Below, one piece after another: positions 1-12,201 of a stretch of DNA of 64,000 nt (within the stretch, counting starts at the first letter, position 1; each line of letters opens with the position of its first letter). Under the pieces are notes generated by a model, which did not search any database, was not told where the DNA came from, and saw nothing but the letters and a program-made list of their open reading frames with translations. The position numbers and the translations under genes are program-made. The DNA comes from Lagopus muta. Its lineage: Eukaryota. The DNA lies in contig NC_064433.1 in the NCBI RefSeq assembly GCF_023343835.1, positions 177,499,076 to 177,563,075 of the forward strand, written 5' to 3'.

Positions 1-877
1 TACAGTATGTAGAGAATTCACCTGGAATATAGAAAGCAAGTTAATTTTTCTGCTCGTCCCAAGTTGATTTCAACCATTTCAGCTATATGGCTATGGTATG
101 CAGAAGGCTTACAATCTCTACAATCTCCTGTAAAAGCTGTTGTGTTTGTGCTAGAACAGACATGATGGTGCAGCCTTGCATGTCTTCTCTGTAAGACGGT
201 GAGGTGTCAGTTTCAAACTCTGCACCAATAAATGTTTAGGATTTTTTCTGGTTTTTTTTGAAGATCATATGAAGCAGAAGTGGTAGGTTTAGTGTTCTAT
301 GGAGAACTGTTTTATTGGCTTCTGAAAGAAATCTGCTGGGTCTTGTTGCTGGGAGTAATGGCTAGCAGCATTTACGCGTGATCAAGCCAACTAACTATAC
401 TACAGCATCAGTACTTAGGCTCTTTTTGCATGCTCAGAAGCAGACTATGAAAGCCTTAGGAGTGTTAAGCAGTGACTGAACAGGAAACTGGAATGGCAGA
501 GAGGCCCACAAATACTCTGGGCCTCTACAATCCATTTCAGGTCAGTGATGACTTCAAGCAGGCTGTGCTGTGAGTAAACTTACAGCTGGAAAAACTTACA
601 TTTGTAACTTTCCTCTTCGATGCTTTGCTCTTATCATATCTTCATTTTTCTACAGGTCCTTCACATTCTGATTTCTGTTATATGTTTAGTTCTACAAATA
701 TTATAGATGAACTTGATGAGGAACTTGAGTATATAGTGCAGGGTACTTCAAAATGTCACTTCAGTACTAGAGTTTTTTCTTGCAATGCTACTGCTATCTA
801 TAAAATAGTATATATGTTTTTTAAAATTAGTGTGTTAGTAATTTTTCAGTCTAATGGATCTGGTTGTTGTATGGCAG

Positions 878-1010
878 GAGCCACTGTTCCATCCCAGACA
901 CTGAGAGAGAAACTCATTGAATTGGAAATGGAAATTGAGCGATTCAGAGCTGAAAACACAATTCTAACTAAACTTCGTGAAGAAAGAGAGCATGCCTTGG
1001 CAAGCATCAG
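878..1010 (+). CDS. CENPJ: CENPJ coding exon (coiled-coil: …[42 protein letters not shown]-)
   Basis: Acceptor …ttgtatggcag|GAG; donor ATCAG|gtaatc; 2-nt overhang completes R with next exon. Confidence 0.7.
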
Positions 1011-1609
1011 GTAATCCTGAATTGAAAACCCATAGTTTGGTGCGTTCACTAAAATGGTGTGCTCCTGGCTATCACATTGTGCAGTTCTTACTTAGGTACT
1101 GTTAAGTAATTGATGTATTTTAGTAACAGTGGAGACATAGATCAAGAAACTGGCTGTTTCTGTATGTATGTATGAAATGTTGTCGTAAAAACAGATTGCC
1201 AATCTAGGAAGAATGTTGAGCACACCTGCTGCTTCAATATGATATCCTTAAAGGCTATGCCAGTGAGAATTTTCTCGTGTATACTTTTATTCTGAGCAAT
1301 AACACAGTCCTAAACTGGTCTCATAAAACGGATTTCACATGAATGTGATCGATGCTGTCCATTTGGATTGGATGTACAAACGGAACATTAGTATTTACTT
1401 CAGCTAGGGGAATTATAAGCAGTAAATACAGGAGAATAATTCTGCGGAGATTTGAAAGTGGCATACCTGTTGCTGCCAAAGTTAATTTTGTTTTGTTTGG
1501 ATACAGCATCATGTTGCTGGCTAATGTTTGATTTGTGACCTGCTATTAGTCACCGGTTCTTTTACAAGCAGCTTTTGGTGGAATGGTGTTCCACTGCTCT
1601 AAGGAATAT

Positions 1610-2190
1610 TGGCAAGCTTTCATAGAATCTAGAATCATAGAATGGCTTAGGTTTGAAGGGACCTCACAGATCATCCAGTTCCAATCTGGCCTTGAATGCC
1701 ACCAGGGATAGGGCATCCATAGCTTCTCTGGGCAGCTGTGCCAGTCCTCACCACCCTCTGAGAAATAATTTCTTCCTAACACTTAGCCTAGATTTCCCCC
1801 CCTCTTAGTTTAAAGCCATTCACCCTTGTTCTGTCACTAGTAGACTGTGTACAGTTGGTCTCCTTCCTGCTTATAGGCTCCCCTTAAGTACTAGAAGGTT
1901 GTAATGAGGCCTACCTGAAGCCTTCTCCAAGCTCAACAAGCCCAACTTCCTCAACATTTCTTCACAGGAGATTGCTCCATCCCTCTCATCATCTTTGTGG
2001 CCTTCCTCTGGACCTGCTCCAACAGCTCCACAACGTTCTTGTGCTGGGGCCCCAGGCCTGGATGAACAAGATGGAGCCTCACAAGGGCAGAGCAGTGGGG
2101 GACGATCCCTTCCCTCTCCCTGCTGCCACTCTGTTTTGACGAAGCCCAGGATACTGTTGGCCTTCTGGGCTGCAATTGCACACACAGCTT
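1610..2190 (-). mobile_element. CR1 LINE fragment (ORF2 C-terminus + 3' end)
   Basis: (CATAGAAT)n 3'-end repeat at 1620-1650 in reverse orientation; antisense ORF with CR1 ORF2 tail (…EEMLRKLGLLSLEKA…). Confidence 0.8.
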
Positions 2191-2195
2191 TACTG

Positions 2196-2385
2196 AATCA
2201 TAAAATGGCCTGGATTGAAAAGGGTCTCAAAGATCACTTAGTTTCAACCCTCCTGCCATGGGCTACTAGACCAAGCTGCCCAGAGCCACATCCAGCCTTG
2301 CTTTGAATGCCTTCAAGAATGGGGCATCCGCAACCTCTCTGGAACAACCTGTTCCAGTGTGTCACCACCCTCTGTATGAAAAACT
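2196..2385 (-). mobile_element. CR1 LINE 3' fragment
   Basis: cataaaatggcctggattgaaaagggtctcaaagatcac… is the reverse complement of the CR1 3' consensus. Confidence 0.75.
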
Positions 2386-2397
2386 TCCTCCTAGTAT

Positions 2398-2870
2398 CTA
2401 ACCTAAACCTTCCTGTCTCAGCTTAAGACCATTCCCCCTTGTCCTATCACTGTCCACCCTCATAAACAGCCGTTCCCCCTCCTGTTTATAAGCTCCCTTC
2501 AAGTACTGGAAGGCCACAATGAGGTCTCCCTTGATCCTTCTCTTCTCCAAGCTAAACAAGCCCAGTTCCCTCAACCTTTCCTCATCGGAGAGGTGCTCCA
2601 GCCCTCTGATCATCTCAGTGCCCTCCTCTGGACACGCTCCAAGAGCTCCATGTCCTTCCTGTACTGAGGGTCCCAGGCCTGGACGCAGTGCTGCAGATGG
2701 GGCCTCACAAAGCTGAGTAGAGGGGGGCAATCACCTCCCTCTCCTGCTGGCCACCCCTTTTTTAATGCAGCCCAGAACACAGTCGGCCTTCCGAGCTGCA
2801 AGCACACACTGCTGGCTCATGTCCAGCTCCTTGTCCACCAGGACCCCCAAGTCCTCCACAGGAAGCTTTG
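2398..2870 (-). mobile_element. CR1 LINE fragment
   Basis: Antisense ORFs with CR1 ORF2 C-terminal peptides (…[13 protein letters not shown]…, …[13 protein letters not shown]…). Confidence 0.8.
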
Positions 2871-3159
2871 CTAGGTTCTGGATAACTTTTGTCATTAAAG
2901 ATACAGATCCAGAAATAGCTGGACATCAAACACTAGCTGTATGACAATTGTTGGACTCGATCTTTGAGGTCTCCCAACCTAAACGATTCTATGAAATACT
3001 GCTTATAAGCCAGTCTTCCAAGGGTAACAGATGCTGGGTTTGACTACAGAATTTAGAGTCTGTTTTCTCACTCCAGGTTTGTATAGTTTTATAGCTTTAA
3101 AACAATAGTTTTAAATAGTTTTTATAGTTTTAAAACAATGCTTTGTTTTATAATTGCAG

Positions 3160-3325
3160 GAAAGAAATTGCAGACTTTCAACAGCAGAAATCCCAAGAAC
3201 TTGCTGAAATAGAGGAATATAGAAAAAAAGAAATGAAAAAACTGCAAAAGGAACGTAAAGTTTTTGAAAAGTATACCATAGAAGCTAGAGCAATTCCAGA
3301 CAAAAAAGAACGTGATGAAATTCAG
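3160..3325 (+). CDS. CENPJ: CENPJ coding exon (R)[55 protein letters not shown]
   Basis: Acceptor ttataattgcag|G, donor TTCAG|gtatga; phase matches previous exon. Confidence 0.8.
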
Positions 3326-4264
3326 GTATGAAAATAACAGTTACTATTATTATTTACACAGGAAAACTGAAATTCATTTAAAGGCAATTGAGAACTAACT
3401 TGAAACTAATTATAACTTAGGCCAATCACGGGAAGGGTTGCAATTGGCTTAATTGGGAAAACAACTGCAGTCTTCACAACATTATCTGGTACTTTCAAGG
3501 AAAAAAAAAAACAAAACAACAAAGCCAACTTACAAATATTTTTGTCACATTTCCATGCATAAAAACTGCATGAGACTATGGTAGAGTGATCTTCAACTTT
3601 GACATAAAATTACTATAGCTCATATAACATTGCAAGTTTTGATTTGCGTAGTGAATGAAAATACAAACTAGAACTATGCTTAAATTTTATTTGTAAGTGT
3701 TCCACAGTAAACATAGTTATCATCTATAATTTTCAAAGTCATGTTTTCTGATTATTTACTTGTAAGTCTTTAAATGCCAGTGATAAAGAAACAAGATGTG
3801 TTTGTTCCTTCACTGTCAAGATTCATCAGGTACACAGCCAAGTTGTATCAAGCTTCACTTGTGGATATCACTTCTTGATGCTACCTCAACAGACTGAAAT
3901 AACGTTTGAAAAATGAGTTACATGGATTCATGAGTGTTTTATGTGACTTTGTTCTCGTTGTTTTCTCGTGCCAAGATTTGTTAAGGGTCCTTTTGAGGGT
4001 GGCCTTAAAGAAATAGCACATTTCTGCCTCAAGTGTGTTTGTGCTGGCCTGACTGTGAAGTGTGAAGGAGGCTGAAAGTGTGATGATCACAGGGGCTCCT
4101 GTGACTGAAGCTGAGATATTCAAGTTGGTAGTCCAAAGTTAATGCTACTCTTTTCACAGAAGAAAACCTCCCTTCTCTTAATCTTTTCTTATATTATTTT
4201 CCTAGAAAATTTGAAATCTTTAATATTAAAAAAAAATGAAACATTTTATAAACATTCTTCTAAG

Positions 4265-4507
4265 GCTTTAAAACAGCAGATTGCAGAGTTACAGGAAGAT
4301 TTCAAACGGAAAGAAGCAAAATGGTCAACCACCCATCGACGCCTGAAGGATCAAATAGATGCTTTAGTAAATGAGAACATGGAGCTGAAAGAAGAAGTCA
4401 AAATTATGGAGAGGTTTCGGTTAGAAGCCTGGAAAAAAGTAGAAGCTGTTGGAAGCAAGAAGAAAGTGGAAAATTCTGGGATGACTTTAAAAAGAACAGA
4501 ATCTGTA
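4265..4507 (+). CDS. CENPJ: CENPJ coding exon [81 protein letters not shown]
   Basis: Acceptor cattcttctaag|GCT, donor GTA|gtaagt; coiled-coil composition; phase 0/0. Confidence 0.8.
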
Positions 4508-4659
4508 GTAAGTTATTCATCTCAGCATTTAGGTCTGTGTGACCATTGTGTTTTGGATCGTGAAATTAGAATCTAATAGGCGCAGCCAGACTTTTAATTC
4601 ACTGATCTCGGGGTTCTGCAGATGGTGCCAGACAGAACTGTTTTTAGTGGCACCTTCTC

Positions 4660-4830
4660 TCCAAATATAAATGTTCACAGAATGGGTTAAGGTGAAAGGG
4701 GCTCTCTGGGTGCACGCAGCCCAGCCCCTGCTCAAGTAAGGACCCTCAGAGCAGGGTACCCAGGACCATGTCCAAGCAGCTTCTGAACATCTCCAAGGCT
4801 GCATCACCGTGGGCAGTGTCATTTGTTGAG
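4660..4830 (-). mobile_element. CR1 LINE 3' fragment in CENPJ intron
   Basis: cacagaatgggttaaggtgaaagg…ctccaaggctgcatcaccgtgggcagtgtc matches CR1 3' region (reverse). Confidence 0.7.
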
Positions 4831-5234
4831 GAATTCAACTTCTTAGAAATTCAAACAATGCAATTGTAAGCAGAAAAAATACATAGGCGAGATCTGAGAA
4901 CCTCTGCACCTCAAGGATCAGCCAGGCAAACCAGGCAGTTCACCAGTGCTTCAAGTAGTTACATTTAATCTTGAAATGTAATTTATTTTGGATTGCTTGC
5001 ACCAAATAAGCATTCTATAGTTTTTGGTCATGAGGCAGCAGACAATTCCAAAATACAGCTTTTGGGCTACATCACACAAGCTCTTCTGATGACTAAATCT
5101 CAAGAATGTATAGCTTGTGAAGAAAGCTTGCAGTGAATTTCCTCTCAAATGGTGTACAAATTTTATTGCAACTGCATGAGGAGTTGGGAATAAATGTCAC
5201 ATATAAACCACAAGTGTAACTTTCTTACTTCCAG

Positions 5235-5334
5235 TGTCCGCAAAATAGAGGCCTGAAAATTGAAACTGGATCTCTGCTTCCTCCAGCTCAGAAGTGTGGC
5301 AAGATAAATGGCAGAGGCTATTCAGAGGCAAAAG
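5235..5334 (+). CDS. CENPJ: Candidate CENPJ linker exon (CPQNRGLKIETGSLLPPAQKCGKINGRGYSEAK)
   Basis: Strong acceptor tttcttacttccag|TGT, donor AAAG|gtacac; open frame; phase compatible with flanking exons but no homology recognised. Confidence 0.3.
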
Positions 5335-5728
5335 GTACACATTTGTCTAGTTGGTTAATTCTTCAACGGAGAAAATAAATGTGGATTTTTTGCATGTGTT
5401 TAAAGGACCATCTGAAAATAGGAAATAGCTGTAATGAACTTGAGTGCACAGATAGACATGTCCCAGGGCAAGATTTTGGAGCAAGCTGTTAGGAGCCCAT
5501 TCTCAGAGTGAAAGTGCTTCTGGTTGCGTTGGTGGCAGATGACTTACCCCAGACAGCCGACATATGTTGATTTTTTTCATAGACATACTATTTTCAGTTT
5601 CTGCTTCACTTAAAAAATATGGGTGTCCTGTACAGATTGACCTCATTATATGATTTTAACATTTAATCTGTACTTTACTGGCCAAATGAACTTCACTACA
5701 TTTATCTGAGTAGGAAAGCTTTCTAGAG

Positions 5729-5811
5729 GACCTGCATCAGCACCTGCTAAGGACAACAGCAAGTCAGAGACAGTGACGACACTAGAAGATTCTTCTAAAA
5801 CTGCTATGGTA
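5729..5811 (+). CDS. CENPJ: Candidate CENPJ linker exon (G)PASAPAKDNSKSETVTTLEDSSKTAMV
   Basis: Acceptor ttctagag|GA, donor GTA|gtaagt; only one open frame; phase fits preceding candidate but NOT the following exon at 6451 (see findings). Confidence 0.3.
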
Positions 5812-6450
5812 GTAAGTCCTGTATCCTGATTTGGTTTTTAAGGGAGTAGCTTTCAGTACTTAATATTTGGAAGGTGACTTGGAAAGCTGTTGACTCCATC
5901 TTTTTATATTCTTGAATTGCAATGCTGTTATTGTCATGAAAATGGCTATGTGATAGTCAGTGCAGAACGCTCTACCTGCGGCTGTAGCTGAGGTAAGGAA
6001 ATAAAATAATAATCTCTTACCCTCTAGAATTTTGCAAAGTTTTCCATTTTAAGAGGCTGGCTGTTTGTATGCTCCACGTAGGGAAACCATGCAAGAATCC
6101 TTCATGTAGCTGAATTAATTCTGGAATACTGTAGGTAGCTTTTGGTGTTCTAAAACTTTATCAGTTGTTTCACACTGCGATATGGATAACTTCAGCCAGT
6201 TGGCACCAAGCCATAGCAATGAATTTCATTTTAGTCTGGACAAAAGCTGATCACACTCTGATTACTGCAGGCCTGAATGCATCACTGTAGTTATACTGGG
6301 AGTTGCATAAAACCCACGCTGGTTTTATGACTTCCTATATCTGTCTTCCTACTGTCATACTCATTTCTTAAAATACCTGAAAGCCTATGAAATGAAAGAT
6401 GTATGAAAACAGAGCTTGATTTTTAAGCTTATATTATTGCTATCGTTTCA

Positions 6451-6556
6451 GGACACTTCTCCTGCTGAAGCTCTCATGTCCTTGTCAGTACCATCTGGAC
6501 CTGCGCATACAGACAGTGAAGAGATACAGAGAGAAATTGCTTATCCTGACGGAAGG
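6451..6556 (+). CDS. CENPJ: CENPJ coding exon …DTSPAEALMSLSVPSGPAHTDSEEIQREIAYPDGR (start of G-box)
   Basis: Acceptor tattgctatcgtttcag|G, donor AGG|gtaaaa; joins in frame to next exon giving [16 protein letters not shown]. Confidence 0.8.
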
Positions 6557-6657
6557 GTAAAATGAAAGTGTGGAATCTGAAATTCCACGAGAAGTGAAAG
6601 ATCAATGGATACTTGAATGTGATGTCTTAATACTGACCTCTGTAACCTATTCGTTAG

Positions 6658-6798
6658 GTCGAAAAGGTTTTGAAAAACGGCTGTCACCTCGTCTTTCTTC
6701 CCAATGGGACGTGGAAAAAAGTGGGTTCTGATGGGAAAACTGTAACAATAACCTTCTTTAACGGAGATGTAAAGCAGATTATGCCTGATCAAACAGTG
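6658..6798 (+). CDS. CENPJ: CENPJ G-box exon [47 protein letters not shown]
   Basis: Acceptor cctattcgttag|GTC, donor GTG|gtatgt; hallmark TCP10/G-box sequence. Confidence 0.9.
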
Positions 6799-6897
6799 GT
6801 ATGTATCCTACATCTTCTGCATTTCTCTATAAATACTTACATGTGTGTACACACACAATTTCTGGCTAGATAAGTTAATTTCAACTGTTTTCTTCAG

Positions 6898-6982
6898 ATT
6901 TACTATTATGCTGATGCGAAGACTACACATACTACATACCCTGATGGCTTAGAGATTTTGCAATTTTCAAATGGACAAATAG
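6898..6982 (+). CDS. CENPJ: CENPJ G-box exon [28 protein letters not shown](E)
   Basis: Acceptor ttttcttcag|ATT, donor ATAG|gtaaag. Confidence 0.9.
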
Positions 6983-7027
6983 GTAAAGAAATCATCCAGC
7001 CCAACCAACCCCCAACACTACTGGTGT

Positions 7028-7029
<2 letters not shown>

Positions 7030-7068
<39 letters not shown>
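7030..7068. repeat. (GT)n microsatellite, ~20 units, CENPJ intron
   Basis: Direct reading of gtgtgt… run. Confidence 0.95.
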
Positions 7069-7069
<1 letters not shown>

Positions 7070-7126
7070 TGCACACAAACGCATCTGTGTTTATATAATA
7101 GTAACTTGTCACAAAATACATTCTAG

Positions 7127-7247
7127 AGAAACACTATCCTGATGGCAAGAAAGAAATTACGTTCCCTGATCAAACTATCAAAAGTTTATTTACGGATGGA
7201 CAAGAAGAAAGCATCTTTCCAGATGGCACAATTGTTCGCATTCAGCG
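7127..7247 (+). CDS. CENPJ: CENPJ G-box exon (E)[39 protein letters not shown](R)
   Basis: Acceptor acattctag|AG, donor CAGCG|gtaagc. Confidence 0.9.
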
Positions 7248-7833
7248 GTAAGCTTTGTATTTTCAGGTACCCTGGCCTGTTGACGGGGATGCAGTAGGTA
7301 AGAGCTCACTGACAGAGGCAGTATATAGAGATATGTTTTTTAAAACTTACATTTGAATAGACTGTACTGTGAAGATGTGCTTGCTGTTTGACATTTATTT
7401 TCTGTAGTGTGAAGGAGATAAAGAAAATGCAGACAACAACAATGCAGTCTAACACACTAGCCTAAATGACTTTTCTGACTTGTATGTAATACTAGAGAAC
7501 ATGTGAGTACCCAGCTTTACCTCATGCAGGGCTCAGATCCAAACTGATGGTACTCAAAATATTAAGCTTCTGAACTGTTGTAGCAACAGGATTAGACCAG
7601 AGAATGTGTGGTGGAGGCTTTCAAGAATGAAGAAGTTGTGTGAGTTTTGCAGAAACGTGCTTTTGAGTATCAACAAAATGGCACGGTATTTACCAAAACA
7701 TATTAGATTTTTTTTTTCGTTTGTTCCTTTAGGCGTATGTCTGTACTGTTTGTTCTGTGAATAAACTTAAGCCTGTTTACAGTCCTTATAATGGTTTTTC
7801 AAAATACATCTTACATATGTGTCTTTACTGCAG

Positions 7834-8026
7834 AGATGGAAGCAAGACTATAGAGTTCAATAATGGTCAGAGAGAACTACACACATCGCAGTTTAAGAGA
7901 CGGGAGTATCCAGATGGGACTGTTAAGACTGTGTACTCAAATGGACACCAGGAAACAAAGTATGTCTCTGGGAGAATAAGAGTAAAGGATAAGGATGGTA
8001 ATATTCTCATGGACACAAAGTTGTAA
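7834..8026 (+). CDS. CENPJ: CENPJ terminal coding exon (R)[63 protein letters not shown] (TAA 8024-8026)
   Basis: Acceptor gtctttactgcag|A; in-frame stop; matches conserved CPAP C-terminus. Confidence 0.9.
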
Positions 8027-8131
8027 TTAGCACTGACTCTGTTAGTGCAACAGAAATAATGTACATTCCTGTAAATAAGATGACAAATGCCTTTAATTGT
8101 ATGCTGTGTATATACTTATAGTTTTCTTTGA

Positions 8132-8137
8132 AATAAA
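8132..8137 (+). promoter_or_regulatory. CENPJ: Candidate CENPJ polyadenylation signal AATAAA (~110 nt after stop)
   Basis: Hexamer AATAAA followed by T-rich stretch. Confidence 0.4.
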
Positions 8138-8394
8138 CTTATTTTTCATTGGTGCTACTACAACAGCTTTCTCTTTGCCTGTTTCTACTTTTCAGAAGGA
8201 TTTTATCAATTCACTACTGTCTTGTGTTTAATGGGTATTTTTCAGATCCTTGGCTACCAGTGAAAATGTGTCGAACAGCTGCAGCAGACCTTATTTTAAA
8301 GATACAAGAGAAGATTTTTCAGTTTAAGATAAAAGGTTGTGCTGTTGGAAACCCTGTGTGGCCTAATATAGCAGAACGCTGATTTTATTCACTG

Positions 8395-8950
8395 TCAAGA
8401 GCTTAAGGCCATCTGTGTCCTGAGGTGCACCAGGCCCAGCACCCTCATCCAGGTGAAGGTTGTTCCACTCTGCTCCATGCAGCTTCACCTTTTGGGTACC
8501 ACAATATAAAGATGTAAAGCTGTTAGCATCCAAAAGAGGGCTACAAGCTTGGTGAAAGGCTGGAGGGCCAGCTGTGTGAAGAGGGGCTGAAGCCCCCCGT
8601 ATGCTCAGAGCAGAGCAGGCTGAGGGGAGGCCTGATGGCAGCTGCAGCTCCTCACAGGGAACGGAGGGGCAGCGCTGAGCTCTGCTCTGTGTGACAGCGA
8701 CAGGGAACAGCATGGAGCTGCGTCAGGGGAGGGCGGCTGGGGGTGAGGGAAAGGGGCTGCACCAGAGGGCAGTTAGCTGCTGAAACAGGTTTTCCAGAGC
8801 AGCACTCACAGCCTTAAGCTGCCCACATTTAAGGAGTGTTTGGACAACACTTCAATCACAGGGCTTGGTTTTGCAAGGTCCCGTGTGGATCAGGAGTTGG
8901 ACTCAGTGACTCTTGTAGCCTCTTCCAGCTCAAGATCCTTTGATTTTATG
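8395..8950 (+). mobile_element. CR1 LINE 3' portion in CENPJ–RNF17 intergenic/3'UTR zone
   Basis: Encodes …CDRTRGNSMELRQGR… (CR1 ORF2 tail) and ends ggagttggactcagtgactcttgtagcctcttccagctcaagatcctttgattttatg. Confidence 0.75.
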
Positions 8951-11900
8951 TGAATGGCACTACTGCTTTTCAGTGCATCACCAAAGGAAATATGTAATCA
9001 CTTGTAAGCTGACTTGTACTTAAAACCTTCTCCGTACTTCTAAGCAAAATATTGCTACTGCTGTAGTGTCTGCTGCAATCCTCTACTGCAGTAGATATTG
9101 ACATTTAACTCACTTTCTTTTGTACAATAGAACATAAGATAGATGTCTGCTTCCCCTTGTACTGTGTTTGTCCCATTCCCCCTTTTCCTTAGGGAAAGCA
9201 AGCTCCAGTTACGGTGTGTGCACTGGTTTACTGAAGAGGTAAGTCAAACTGGACTAGGACCTATGCTTACTCAACTAGGAGCTGCATGGTTGTCTGCACA
9301 GGCCAGCACTCTTTTCTGGCAGTCTCAGATGGCAGTTCTTCCTGAACTCTTATGTTCCCATGTCATTTAATTATAAACAGCTGACTTGAACTAAGAACAT
9401 TACATTCTGAAGGTGACAACAGCTTTGTATGGTTTTTTCAAAAGCACAAAGGGCACTTCAATACCAGAATACAGACAAAGACCATGAAATGACCTTTCCC
9501 CTGCTAGTAGAAACATGATGTAAATGTACTGTGCAACAGTGAGCAAGGTGCTGGCTTCGAGCTCTACAGATAAGTTTTGTGCATGTGTGTTCTATGTGGA
9601 CATCTGGAAAAGCTGTTTTGCCATGCAAGGCAACATGTGAATCAGTGACAAAAGCAACAGCCTAAAAACAGACAATGTTGTCTTTCCTCCATTTTGGTTC
9701 ATCTTGTTAAACTTGCAGAAAGCCAAGAAATAAAAGCAGCTTGTGCATACAGAGTTCCTGTTCATGAAACAAAAAAAAAGGGGGGAGTTAAGGACACCCT
9801 GTGACAGCAAACACCTCTACAGAGGGCATCTTCCCAAAGTGATCTTCCAGTTGCAGTAACAGTTATTTTTGCTACCACACAAACAGGGGCTGTACTTTCA
9901 AGGTTTTCTTAACTGTTACTTAGATGTATGAATGAAATGATCTGCATAAACACTCCAGATACAGGTTAAAAATAACACCACAGGACAGGATTAGCAGCAG
10001 TCAATGAATGCACAGTGTGGTGCATGCACTGAGGAAGCCTGTACTGAATGCAGGATTATGTGACAGTTACAGTGAAGAAGAGTGGGCATTTTTAAGTACT
10101 ATGATTACAGTAAGAAAACAAACAGCAGACAGCCACCTTGCTCAAGAACTGAAGGAGGATCAAATTAGCAAATCTGAAGCAAGAGACTCGGACTGAAACC
10201 AATTTTTAGAAAATGTAAAGGACTCAGCTGATTTTAGTGAGATTCAAGCCTTGTCTTGTGTTAGATGGAAGCTAGGGAGGTGGATATGTGGATATGTACA
10301 CTTGGTACTGGTGAAGGAATGCATTTCAGAGAGATCTCTGAGAAAGTAAAATAACTTTGTTTTGTTAGAAGGCGGCTCTCACCTTCTCCATGTCTAAGAT
10401 TTCAAGATCTGATTTTTGTCTTTCCTTAGTAATTTAAACAAATTGCTCTAGGAGCTGAGCCCTGAACATTAAGGGTATTTAGATCTTACTAATGTAGCAT
10501 ACACTCCTAAGTGCTTTTATATAAAGAGAAGAAACCATCATTTATGCTGAGCAAGCTCCTCTTTATTCTAACACTTTCAACTGAATGCTGCAGACAGGGG
10601 AGGAGGAAGAAGTGCAAACAAAACCCATCCATCTTGTACTGAAACCAAAACATAACAATGCAAACGTGTTTCACAACAACAGCAGTAACATCGCCCTCTC
10701 CCACCTGCTCATTCCTAGTTCCAGTACTGCAGCACTGTCACCAAATATGCCCGAAATATAAACTAGTTATACCACAGTATCATCATCCCTTCACCTATTA
10801 TAATGAACAGTGGTGCCCAACATTACTTCTGTATTTATTTCTTCACTACTTCACACTCATTCCATCTGCTCTCACAAAAACAGTTGATAGAACAATACTA
10901 AAGGCTTTAAGGTCAAAAGTGTTTTAGAATAATTTCACTTATTTCAAGATTCAGAACCAGAGAAAACAAACATAGATAAAAAGAGTGCTCAATAAATGGG
11001 AGGGAAAAGCAATACTGAGTTGGTTAAAAATAAAAATCAACCACCCCTCCAAAAACCAGAACAAAGCAGTCCTTCAGCATCTCTGTAGGCAACGCATACT
11101 GTAAAGCTTCTCTTTGCTGTGCTTCATGTTTGACTGGATGGACATTCATAAACAATCACAGATGAGAACACAGTCTGAGAACCACTGGCACAGACACTGA
11201 GAGCAAATGCTGAAAATGAGGAATAATTAAAATTACTTGGGAAGAGGATACTGCTGCTCACCTGCAAGTTACCTTCTTCATTGAGTAGCAGGAGGAGTTC
11301 TTCCTGTTATATTAACACTTCAACTAACTGTTGTTTCTTACAGCTATTATGTGGGCTTCAATAATATTTAAGTAATTCCCACTTTTAAACAGCTTTTCAT
11401 TAGAGAAGTGGGGACAGATTAGTTTTTTTTTTTTTTAAATACGTGTAATTTGCTTGTGGTCAACTCACATTAGATGGCAATTTAGATCTTGGCTTAAAGT
11501 TTTTGAAATAATGCCCTCCTACAAATTTGTAGTTCTTATTCACTGTACTTACATTTCATTCGTCCAAATCTGCAAGTCCCATTTCTATCAGTTTCATATG
11601 AACCAGTTTTTGTTCTTCGCCATACAGGAAAATCGTGACCTCTGGTGAAAGTGACTGAAAATCAGAAGGTGACATTATTCAGTACTGTGATAATACGCCC
11701 TTCACATCTCCAAGCTAATCAATACTAACAATGACTTCACTGGCTCTATTCGCAGTTCCATGCATGCATGGAGCATTTCTGTTGTTAAGGAATCTGCTTT
11801 TTAAAGAAAAGGGATGCTCAGAAGCATCTTGATTCTAAGAAAAAGGAAAGAGCCGCATGATTTTCTCTCCTCAACAGCAATTCCTTCATAGTAAATGGTT

Positions 11901-11969
11901 CACAATTTTAAACAATGAGGGTCCGCAGCAGAATGAACAGAAATTATACTGAGATTGCTAGGAAGAATT

Positions 11970-12201
11970 TCAGGCTGAACAAGTGTGCAGAGAAATAACA
12001 ATGCTTCTCACAAGAATGGAAGCAGAGAGCTGTTTTCCTTCTGCAGAGTCCATCATAGTCCACAATGCTTTCACACTCCATTCTGGGCAGTAAGGAATTC
12101 TTTCTACACTTGTATCACATAATGAAGGCTTAAAGCCAGCCAACATGGCATGTACTGCCTGAACAGGATACTTCAGCAAATGAAGAGGTATCTGACGCAA
12201 C
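11970..12201 (-). CDS. RNF17: RNF17 last Tudor C-terminal / terminal coding exon (K)LRQIPLHLLKYPVQAVHAMLAGFKPSLCDTSVERIPYCPEWSVKALWTMMDSAEGKQLSASIL[VRSIVISLHTCSA*]
   Basis: Acceptor ttgttgcag|G in phase with previous exon; in-frame TGA at 11970-11972; internal strong GTGAGA donor at 12010/11 could instead splice to an unfound downstream exon. Confidence 0.7.

Larger units (their letters stand above)
878..8140 (+). other. CENPJ: CENPJ (CPAP) gene, 3' portion (last ~10 coding exons + short 3'UTR); 5' part lies upstream of window
   Basis: Spliced + strand exon chain with consistent phases encoding coiled-coil then G-box/TCP10 C-terminal domain (…[41 protein letters not shown] / [28 protein letters not shown] / [41 protein letters not shown] / [63 protein letters not shown]). 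Confidence 0.85.

Noticed and set aside
6541-6792. 83-aa minus-strand ORF overlapping the CENPJ G-box exons
   Set aside because: Antisense shadow ORF of a strongly coding + strand region. It has no independent support.
8363-8713. 116-aa minus ORF in the CENPJ–RNF17 intergenic region
   Set aside because: It lies antisense within a + strand CR1 3' fragment. It is GC-rich and low-complexity. It is not an RNF17 exon.
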